Shown here one piece after another: positions 1 through 10,923 of a stretch of 12,360 nucleotides of DNA. A program made the translations under genes and the position numbers. The DNA comes from Octopus sinensis (lineage: Eukaryota), in the NCBI RefSeq assembly GCF_006345805.1, contig NW_021833385.1, positions 1-12,360 on the forward strand, in the 5' to 3' direction. Each line of letters opens with the position of its first letter. Position 1 is the first letter of the stretch. The notes beneath the pieces were generated by a model that was not told the DNA's origin, made no database searches, and saw only the letters and a program-made list of their open reading frames with translations.

Positions 1-986
1 TCCAAACGTGGCCGTTGCCAGTGAACATGAACCAAATATCAATGAAAACAGCAGTTGTGATACCTGTACCGTGACACGTAAAAAATCACCATCCAGACGT
101 GTCCGTTGCCAGTGACATTGAACGAATATAACTTTAAATAGGGGTTGTGATACCTGTTAGTGGTGTCATAAAATCACCGTCCAAAACGTGCCGTTGCCAG
201 TGAACATTGAACAATATCATGTAAGCAGTATGTAATACCTGTGACCGGTGTCACATAAAAAAATCACCATCCAAACATGGCCGTTGCCAGTGAACATTGA
301 ACAAAATATCAATGGAAAAAGTAGTTGTGTTACCTGTACCGGTGACACATAAAAATCACCATCAACGTGGCCGTTGCCAGTGAACATTGAACCAAATATC
401 ATGGAAACAGTATTGTGATACCCGTACGGTGGGGTCGTCACATAAAAATGACCATCCAAACGTGGCCATTGCCATTGAACATTGAACCAAATATCAATGG
501 AAACAGTAGGTGTGATACCTGTGCCGGTGTCACATAAAAATCACCATCCAAACGGGGCGTTGCCAGTGAACATTGAACCAAAATCTCATTGGGAAACAGT
601 AGTTGTGATACCTGTCTGTGAAAAAATCACCATCCAAACGTGGCCGTTGCCAGTGAACATTGAACCTAATATCAATGGAAACAGTAGTTGTGATACTTGT
701 ACCGGTGTCACATAAAAATCACCATCCAAATGTGGATGTTGCCAGTGAACATTGAACCAAATATCAATGGAAACAGTAGTTGTGATACCTGTGACGGTGA
801 CACATAAAAATCACCATCCAAACATGGCCGTTGCCAGTGAACATTGAGCAAAATATCAATGGAAACAGTAGTTGTGATACCTGTAACGGTGACACATAAA
901 CATCACCATCCAAACGTGGCCGTTGCCAGTAAACATTGAACCAAATATCAATGGAAACAGTAGTTGTGATACCTGTACCGGTGTCA
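1..986 (+). repeat. Terminal direct repeat, left copy (1-638 identical to 11374-12011)
   Basis: Manual alignment at offset 11373. Idiosyncratic strings such as GAATATAACTTTAAATAGGGG, CCCGTACGGTGGGGTCGTCAC and CCTGTCTGTGAAAAAATC match exactly. ORFs 217..459 and 11590..11832 translate identically. Confidence 0.95.
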
Positions 987-3847
987 CATAAAATCACCAT
1001 CCAAACGTGGCCGTTGCCATTGAACATTGAACCAAATATCAATGGAAACAGTAGTTGTGATACCTGTACCGGTGTCACATAAAAATCACCATCCAAAGTG
1101 GCCGTTGCCAGTGAACATTGAACCAAATATCAATGGAAACAGTAGCTGTGATACCTGTACCGGTGTCACATAAAATCACCATCCAAACGTGGTCGTTGAC
1201 CAGGAACATGAACCAATATCAATGGAAACAGTAGTTGTGATACCTGTGACGATGACACATAAAAATCACCATCCAAACGTGGCAGTTGCCAGTGAACATT
1301 GAACCAAATATCAATGGAAACAGTAGTTGTGATACCTGTAGCGGTGTCACATAAAAATCACCATCCAAATGTGGCCGTTGCCAGTGAACATTGAGCCAAA
1401 TATCAATGGAAACAGTAGTTGTGATACCTGTACCAGTGTCACATACAACATCACCAACCAAACGTGACCGTTGCCAGTGAACATTGAACCAAATATCAAT
1501 GGAAACAGTAGTTGTGATACCTGTACCGGTGACACATTAAAATCACCATCCAGACGTGTCCGTTGCCAGTGAACATTGAACCAAATATCAATGGAAACAG
1601 TAGTGTGATACTCTGACGGTGACACATAAAAATCACCATCCAAACGTGGCCGTTGCCAGTGAACATTGAACCAAATATCAATGGAAACAGTAGTTGTGAT
1701 ACCTGTGACGGTGACACATAAAATCACCATCCAAACGTGGCCGTTGCCAGTGAACATTGAACCAAATATCAATGGAAAAACAGTAGTTGTATACCTGTGA
1801 CGGTGACACATAAAAATCACCATCCAAACGTGGCCGTTGCCAGTGAACATTGAACCAAATATCAATGGAAACAGTAGTTGTGATAATACCTGTGACGGTG
1901 ACACATAAAAATCACCATCCAAACGTGGCCGTTGCCAGTGAACATTGAACCAATATCAATGGAAACAGTAGTTGTGATACCTGTACGGTGTCACATAAAA
2001 GTCACCATCCAAACGTGGCCGTTTCCCGTGAACATTGAACCAAATATCAATGGAAACAGTAGCTGTGATACCTGTAGTGGTGTCACATAAAAATCACCAT
2101 CCAAACGTTGCCGTTACCAGTGAACATTGAACCAAATATCAATGGAAACAGTAGTTGTGATACCTGTACCGGTGTCACATAAAAATCACCATCCAAACGT
2201 GGCCGTTGCCAGTGAACATTGAACCAAATATCAATGGAAACAGTAGTTGTGATACTGTGACGGTGACACATAAAATCACCATCCAAACGTGGCCGTTGCC
2301 AGTGAACATTGAACCAAATATCAATGGAAACAGTAGTTGTAATACCTGTGACGGTGACACATAAAAATCACCATCCAAACGTGGCCGTTGCCAGTGAACA
2401 TTGAACCAAATATCAATGGAAACAGTAGTTGTAATACCTGTGACGTGACACATATAAAAATCACCATCAAACGTGGCCGTTGCCAGTGAACATTGAACCA
2501 AATATCAATGGAAACAGTAGTGTTGTAATACCTGTGACGGTGGACACATAAAAATCACCATCCAAACGTGGCCGTTGCCAGTGAACATTGAACCAAATAT
2601 CAATGGAAACAGTAGTTGTAATACCTGTGACGGTGTCACATAAAAATCACCATCCAAACGTGGCCGTTGCAGTGAACATTGAACCAAATATCAATGGAAA
2701 CAGTAGTTGTTGTAAACCTGTGACGGTGACACATAAAAATCACCATCCAAACGTGGCCGTTGCCAGTGAAAATTGAACCAAATCAATGGAAACAGTAGTT
2801 GTGATACCTGTGCGGTGTGACACATAAAAATCACCATCCAAACGTGGCCGTTGCCAGTGAACATTGAACCAAAATCAATGGAAACAGTAGTTGTGATACC
2901 TGTACCGGTGACACATAAAATCACCATCCAAACGTGGCCGTTGCCGTGAACATTGAACCAAATATCAATGGAAACAGTAGTTGTGATACCTGTGTGGACG
3001 GTGTCACATAAAAATCACATCCAAAACGTTGCCGTTGCCAGTGAACATTGAACCAAAATATCAATGGAAACAGTAGTTGTGATACCTGTACCGGTGTCAC
3101 ATATAAATCACCATCCAATCGTGGCCGTTGCCAGTGAACATTGAACCAAATATCAATGGAAACAGTAGTTGTGATACCTGTACCGGTGACACATAAAAAT
3201 CACCATCCAAACGTGGCCGTTGCCAGTGAACATTGAACCAAATATAACTTTAAATGGTGGTTGTGATACCTGTAGTGGTGTCATAAAAATCACCATCCAA
3301 ACGTGGCCGTTGCCAGTGAACATTGAACTAAATATCAATGGAAGCAGTAGTTGTGATACCTGTACCGGTGTCACATAAAAATCACCATCCAAACGTGCCG
3401 TTGCCAGTGAACATTGAACCAAATATCAATGGAAACAGTAGTTGTGATACCTGTACCGGTGACACATAAAAATCACCATCCAAACGTGGCCGTTGCCAGT
3501 GAACATTGAACCAAATATCAATGGAAACAGTAGTTGTGATACCTGTACCGGTGTCACATAAAAATGACCATCCAAACGTGGCCATTGCCAGTGAACATTG
3601 AACCAAATATCAATGGAAACAGTAGTTGTGATACCTGTGCCGGTGTCACATAAAAATCACCATCCAAACGTGGCCGTTGCCAGTGAACATTGAACCAAAT
3701 ATCAATGGAAACAGTAGTTGTGATACCTGTACCGGTGTCACATAAAAATCACTATCCAAACGTTGCCGTTGCCAGTGAACATTGAACCAAATATCAATGG
3801 AAACAGTAGTTGTGATACCTGTGACGGTGACACATAAAAATCACCAT
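634..3847 (+). repeat. Higher-order repeat copy 1 (3214 bp, about 35 monomers)
   Basis: Marker TGTGGATGTT at 731 then 3945; GAGCAAAA marker at ~847 then ~4061; AGTAGCTGTG at 1141 then 4356. All offsets are 3214-3215. Confidence 0.8.
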
Positions 3848-6787
3848 CCAAACGTGGCCGTTGCCAGTGAACATTGAACCAAATATCAATGGAAACAGTA
3901 GTTGTGATACTTGTACCGGTGTCACATAAAAATCACCATCCAAATGTGGATGTTGCCAGTGAACATTGAACCAAATATCAATGGAAACAGTAGTTGTGAT
4001 ACCTGTGACGGTGACACATAAAAATCACCATCCAAACATGGCCGTTGCCAGTGAACATTGAGCAAAATATCAATGGAAACAGTAGTTGTGATACCTGTAA
4101 CGGTGACACATAAAATCACCATCCAAACGTGGCCGTTGCCAGTGAACATTGAACCAAATATCAATGGAAAACAGTAGTTGTGATACCTGTACCGGTGTCA
4201 CATAAAAATCACCATCCAAACGTGGCCGTTGCCAGTGAAATTGAACCAAATATCAATGGAAACAGTAGTTGTGATACCTGTACCGGGGTGTCACATAAAT
4301 CACCATCCAAACGTGGCCGTTGCCAGTGAACATTGAACCAAATATCAATGGAAACAGTAGCTGTGATACCTGTACCGGTGTCACATAAAATCCACCATCC
4401 AAACGTGGTCGTTGCCAGTGAACATTGAACCAAATATCAATGGAAACAGTAGTTGTGATACCTGTGACGATGACACATAAAAATCACCATCCAAACGTGG
4501 CAGTTGCCAGTGAACATTGAACCAAATATCAATGGAAACAGTAGTTGTGATACCTGTAGCGGTGTCACATAAAAATCACCATCCAAACGTGGCCGTTGCC
4601 AGTGAACATTGAACCAAATATCAATGGAAACAGTAGTTGTGATACCTGTACCGGTGTCACATAAAAATCACCATCCAAACGTGGCCGTTGCCAGTGAACA
4701 TTGAAGCAAATATCAATGGAAACAGTAGTTGTGATACCTGTACCAGTGTCACATACAAAATCACCAACCAAACGTGACCGTTGCCAGTGAACATTGAACC
4801 AAATATCAATGGAAACAGTAGTTGTGATACCTGTACCGGTGACACATTAAAATCACCATCCAGACGTGTCCGTTGCCAGTGAACATTGAACCAAATATCA
4901 CTTTAAATAGTAGTTGTGATACCTGTAGTGGTGTCACATAAAAATCACCATCCAAACGTTGCCGTTGCCAGTGAACATTGAACCAAATATCAATGGAAAC
5001 AGTAGTTGTGATACCTGTACCGGTGTCACATAAAAATCACCATCCAAACGTGGCCGTTGCCAGTGAACATTGAACCAAATATCAATGGAAACAGTAGTTG
5101 TAATAACTGTGACGGTGACACATAAAAATCACCATCCAAACTTGGCCGTTGCCAGTGAACATTGAACCAAATATCAATGGAAACTGTAGTTGTAATACCT
5201 GTGACGGTGACACATAAAAATCACCATCCAAACGTGGCCGTTGCCAGTGAACATTGAACCAAATATCAATGGAAACAGTAGTTGTAATACCTGTGACGGT
5301 GACACATAAAAATCACCATCCAAACGTGGCCGTTGGCAGTGAATATTGAACCAAATATCAATGGACACAGTAGTTGTAATACCTGTGACGGTGACACATA
5401 AAAATCACCATCCAAACGTTGCCGTTGCCAGTGAACATTGAACCAAATATCAATGGAAACAGTAGTTGTGATACCTGTACCGGTGTCACATAAAAATCAC
5501 CATCCAAACGTGGTCGTTGCCAGTGAACATTGAACCAAATATCAATGGAAACAGTAGTTGTAATAACTCTGACGGTGACACATAAAAATCACCATCCAAA
5601 CTTGGCCGTTGCCAGTGAAAATTGAACCAAATATCAATGGAAACTGTAGTTGTAATACCGGTGACGGTGACACATAAAAATCACCATCCAAACGTGGCCG
5701 TTGCCAGTGAACATTGAACCAAATATCAATGGAAACAGTAGTTGTAATACCTGTGACGGTGACACATAAAAATCACCATCCAAACGTGGCCGTTGCCAGT
5801 GAACATTGAACCAAATATCAATGGAAACAGTAGTTGTAATACCTGTGACGGTGACACATAAAAATCACCATCCAAACGTGGCCGTTGCCAGTGAACATTG
5901 AACCAAATATCAATGGAAACAGTAGTTGTAATACCTGCGACGGTGTCACATAAAAATCACCATCCAAACGTGGCCGTTGGCAGTGAACATTGAACCAAAT
6001 ATCAATGGAAACAGTAGTTGTAATACCTGTGACGGTGACACATAAAAATCACCATCCAAACGTGGCCGTTGCCAGTGAAAATTGAACCAAATATCAATGG
6101 AAACAGTAGTTGTGATACCTGTGACGGTGACACATAAACATAACCATCCAAATGTGGCCGTTGCCAGTGAACATTGAACCAAATATCAATGGAAACAGTA
6201 GTTGTGATACCTGTACCGGTGTCACATATAAATCACCATCCAAACGTGGCCGTTGCCAGTGAACATTGAACCAAATATCAATGGAAACAGTAGTTGTGAT
6301 ACCTGTACCGGTGACACATAAAAATCACCATCCAGACGTGTCCGTTGACAGTGAACATTGAACCAAATATAACTTTAAATGGTGGTGTCATACCTGTAGT
6401 GGTGTCATAAAAATCACCATCCAAACGTGGCCGTTGCCAGTGAACATTGAACTAAATATCAATGGAAGCAGTAGTTGTGATACCTGTACCGGTGTCACAT
6501 AAAAATCACCATCCAAACATGGCCGTTGCCAGTGAACATTGAACCAAATATCAATGGAAACAGTAGTTGTGATACCTGTGCCGGTGTCACATAAAATCAC
6601 CATCCAAACGTGGGCGTTGCCAGTGAACATTGAACCAAATATCATTGGAAACAGTAGTTGTGATACCTGTGACGGTGACACATAAAAATCACCATCCAAA
6701 CGTGGCCGTTGCCAGTGAACATTGAACCAAATATCAATAGAAACAGTAGTTCTGATACTTCTCCCGGTGACACATTAAATTCACCAT
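3848..6787 (+). repeat. Higher-order repeat copy 2 (2940 bp, 32 monomers)
   Basis: Markers at 3945/6885, 4061/7001 and 4356/7296 all give offset 2940. This is the cleanest part of the window. Confidence 0.85.
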
Positions 6788-9176
6788 CCAAATGTGGCTG
6801 TTGCCAGTGAACATTGAACCAAATATCAATGGAAACAGTAGTTGTGATACTTGTACCGGTGTCACATAAAAATCACCATCCAAATGTGGATGTTGCCAGT
6901 GAACATTGAACCAAATATCAATGGAAACAGTAGTTGTGATACCTGTGACGGTGACACATAAAAATCACCATCCAAACATGGCCGTTGCCAGTGAACATTG
7001 AGCAAAATATCAATGGAAACAGTAGTTGTGATACCTGTAACGGTGACACATAAACATCACCATCCAAACGTGGCCGTTGCCAGTAAACATTGAACCAAAT
7101 ATCAATGGAAACAGTAGTTGTGATACCTGTAACGGTGTCACATAAATATCACCATCCAAACGTGGCCGTTGCCAGTGAACATTGAACCAAATATCAATGG
7201 AAACAGTAGTTGTGATACCTGTACCGGTGTCACATAAAATCACCATCCAAACGTGGCCGTTGCCAGTGAACATTGAACCAAATATCAATGGAAACAGTAG
7301 CTGTGATACCTACCGGTACACGGGTCAATAAAAATCACCATCCAAACGTGGTCGTTGCCAGTGAACATTGAACCAAATATCAATGGAAACAGTAGTTGTT
7401 ATACCTGTACGGATGTCACATAAAAATCACCATCCAACGTGCCAGTTGCCAGTCACATGAACATGAACCAAATATCAATGGAAACAGTAGTTGTGATACC
7501 TGTACGGTGTCGGTGTGTCACATAAAAATCACCATCCAATGTGGCCGTTGCCAGTGAACATTGAACCAAATATCAATGGAAACAGTAGTTGATACCTGTA
7601 CCAGGTGTCACATACAACATCACCATCCAAACGTGGACCGTTGCCAGTGAACATTGAACCAAATATCAATGGAAACAGTAGTTGTGATACCTGTACGGTG
7701 ACACATAAAAATCACCATCCAGACGTGGCCGTTGCCAGTGAACATTGAACCAAATATCACTTTAACAGTAGTTGTGATACCTGTAGTGGTTCATAAAAAT
7801 CACATCCCACGTCCGTGCGTGCCAGTGAACATTGAACCAAATATCAATGGAAACAGTAGTTGTGATACCTGTACCGGTGTCACATAAAAATCACCATCCA
7901 AACGTGGCCGTTGCCAGTGAACATTGAACCAAATATCAATGGAAACAGTAGTTGTAATAACTCTGACGGTGACACATAAAAATCACCATCCAAACTTGGC
8001 CGTTGCCAGTGAAAATTGAACCAAATATCAATGGAAACTGTAGTTGTAATACCGGTGAGTGTGACACATAAATATCACCATCCAAACGTGGCCGTTGCCT
8101 GTGAACATTGAACCAAATATCAATGGAGACAGTAGTTGTAATACCTGTGACGGTGACACATAAAAATCACCATCCAAACGTGGCCGTTGCCAGTGAACAT
8201 TAAACCAAATATCAATGGATACAGTAGTTGTAATACCTGTGACGGTGACACATAAAAATCACCATCCAAACGTGGCCGTTGGCAGTGAACATTGAACCAA
8301 ATATCAATGGAAACAGTAGTTGTAATACCTGCGACGGTGTCACATAAAAATCACCATCCAAACGTGGCCGTTGGCAGTGAACATTGAACCAAATATCAAT
8401 GGAAACAGTAGTTGTAATACTGTGACGGTGACACATAAAAAATCACCATCCAACGTGGCCGTTGCCAGTGAACATTGAACCAAATATCAATGGAAAAAGT
8501 AGTTGTGATACCTGTACCGGTGACACATAAAAATCACCATCCAAATGTGGCCGTTGCAGTGAACATTGAACCAAATTAATGGAAACAGTAGTTGTGATAC
8601 CTGTACCGGTGTCACATAAAATCACCATCCAAACGTGGCCGTTGCCAGTGAACATTGAACCAAATATCAATGGAAACAGTAGTTGTGATACCTGTGACGG
8701 TGACAATAAAAATCACCATCCAACGTGGCCGTTGCCAGTGAACATTGAACCAAATATCAATGGAAAGTAGTTGTGATACCTGTAGTGGTGTCATAAAAAT
8801 CACCATCCAAACGTGGCCGTTGCCAGTGAACATTGAACCAAATATCAATGGAACAGTAGTAGTTGTGATACCTGTACCGGTGTCACATAAAAATCACCAT
8901 CCAAACGTGGCCGTTGCCAGTGAACATTGAACCAAATATCAATGGAAACAGTAGTTGTGATACCTGTACCGGTGTCACATAAAAATCACCATCCAAACGT
9001 GGCCGTTGCCAGTGAACATTGAACCTAATATCAATGGAAACAGTAGTTATGATACCTGTGACGGTGACACATAAAAATCACCATCCAAACGTGGCCGTTG
9101 CCAGTGAACATTGAACCAAATATCAATAGAAACAGTAGTTCTGATACTTCTCCCGGTGACACATTAAATTCACCAT
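6788..9176 (+). repeat. Higher-order repeat copy 3 (2389 bp, 26 monomers)
   Basis: Markers at 7001/9390, 7296/9685 and 6735/9124 (CAATAGAAACAGTAGTTCTGATACTTCTCCCGG) all give offset 2389. ORFs 7010..7288 and 9399..9731 share near-identical translations at the same offset. Confidence 0.85.
8901..8992 (+). repeat. Representative perfect-consensus 92-bp monomer
   Basis: Read directly: CCAAACGTGGCCGTTGCCAGTGAACATTGAACCAAATATCAATGGAAACAGTAGTTGTGATACCTGTACCGGTGTCACATAAAAATCACCAT (A32 T21 C21 G18). It contains GGCC, ACGT, GTAC and ACCGGT sites and three CpGs. Confidence 0.97.
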
Positions 9177-10923
9177 CCAAATGTGGCTGTTGCCAGTGAA
9201 CATTGAACCAAATATCAATGGAAACAGTAGTTGTGATACCTGTACCGGTGTCACATAAAAATCACCATCCAAACGTGGCCGTTGCCAGTGAACATTGAAC
9301 CAAATATCAATGGAAACAGTAGTTGTGATACCTGTGACGGTGACACATAAAAATCACCATCCAAACATGGCCGTTGCCAGTGAACATTGAGCAAAATATC
9401 AATGGAAACAGTAGTTGTGATACCTGTAACGGTGACACATAAACATCACCATCCAAACGTGGCCGTTGCCAGTGAACATTGAACCAAATATCAATGGAAA
9501 CAGTAGTTGTGATACCTGTAACGGTGTCACATAAATATCACCATCCAAACGTGGCCGTTGCCAGTGAACATTGAACCAAATATCAATGGAAACAGTAGTT
9601 GTGATACCTGTACCGGTGTCACATAAAATCACCATCCAAACGTGGCCGTTGCCAGTGAACATTGAACCAAATATCAATGGAAACAGTAGCTGTGATACCT
9701 GTACCGGTGTCACATAAAATCCACCATCCAAACGTGGTCGTTGCCAGTGAACATTGAACCAAATATCAATGGAAACAGTAGTTGTGATACCTGTGACGAT
9801 GACACATAAAAATCACCATCCAAACGTGGCAGTTGCCAGTGAACATTGAACCAAATATCAATGGAAACAGTAGTTGTGATACCTGTAGCGGTGTCACATA
9901 AAAATCACCATCCAAATGTGGTGTTGACAGTGGAACATTGAGCCAAATATCAATGGCAGTTGCCAGTGTTGTGATATATGTACCAGTGTCACATACAACA
10001 TCACCAAACCAAACGTGACCGTTGCCAGTGAAACATTGAACAAATATCAATGGAAACAGTAGTTGTGATACCTGTACCGGTGACACATTAAAATCCACAT
10101 CCAGACGTGTCCGTTGCCAGGGAACATTGAACCACATATCACTTTAAATAGTAGTTTTGTGATACATGTAGTGTGTCACATAAAAATCACCATCCAAACG
10201 TTGCCGTTACCAGTGAACATTGAACCAAATATCAATGGAAACAGTAGTTGTGATACCTGTACCGGTGTCACATAAAAATCCATCCATCAAAGGTGTCCGT
10301 TGCCAGAGAAACATGAACCAAATATCATGTAAATGTGGTTGTGAATACTGTAGGGGGGTCAGAAAAAATCACCATCCAAACGTGGCCGTTGCCAGTGAAC
10401 ATTGACTAAATATCAATGGGAAGCAGTAGTTGTGATACCTGTACGGTGATGTCACAAAAAAATCACCACAAACATGGCCGTTGCCAGTGAACATTGAACC
10501 AAATATCAGTGGAAACAGTAGTTGTGATACCTGTAACGGTGACACATAAAATCACCATCCAAACGTGCCGTTGCCAGTGAACATTGAACCAAAGATCAAT
10601 GGAAACAGTAGTTGTGATACCTGTACCGGTGTCACATAAAAAGACCATCCAAACGGGCCATGGCCAGTGAACATTGAACCTAATATCAATGGAAAAAGTA
10701 GTGTGATACCTGTGCCGGTGTCACATAAATATCACCATCCAAACGTGGCCGTTGCCAGTGAACATTGAACCTAATATCAATGGAAACAGTAGTTATGATA
10801 CCTGTGCGGTGACACATAAAAATCACCATTCCAAACGTGCCGTTGCCAGTGAACATGGAACCAAATATCAATAGAAACAGTAGGTCTGGATTATTTCTCC
10901 CGTGACACATTAAAATCACCATA
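9177..10923 (+). repeat. Higher-order repeat copy 4 (about 1747 bp, 19 monomers)
   Basis: AATGTGGCTGTT unit starts at 9177 and 10924; CAATAG marker at 9124/10869; ACATGG..GAGC marker at 9390/11130. The second half is noisy. Confidence 0.7.

Noticed and set aside
8901-8992. tRNA-like or SINE-like unit (three hairpins, + strand CACCA, minus-strand GGTTCAA resembling a B box)
   Set aside because: There is no acceptor stem pairing with the bases before CCA and no canonical D, anticodon or T arm geometry. GGTTCAATGT lacks the downstream C of GTTCRANNC, and I found no A box.
8901-8992. Hammerhead ribozyme, retrozyme or viroid-like multimer
   Set aside because: The CUGANGA core is absent from both strands of the consensus. 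GAAA alone is not sufficient.
8901-8992. Soybean CentGm-1/SB92 centromeric satellite (also 92 bp)
   Set aside because: Only the length matches. The sequence does not resemble that family as I recall it; a BLAST search is needed to confirm.
8901-8992. Phased A-tracts causing DNA curvature
   Set aside because: A-runs centred near unit positions 4, 35, 47 and 83 give spacings of about 31, 12, 36 and 13, which are not consistent multiples of 10.5. Most runs are only 3 nt long.
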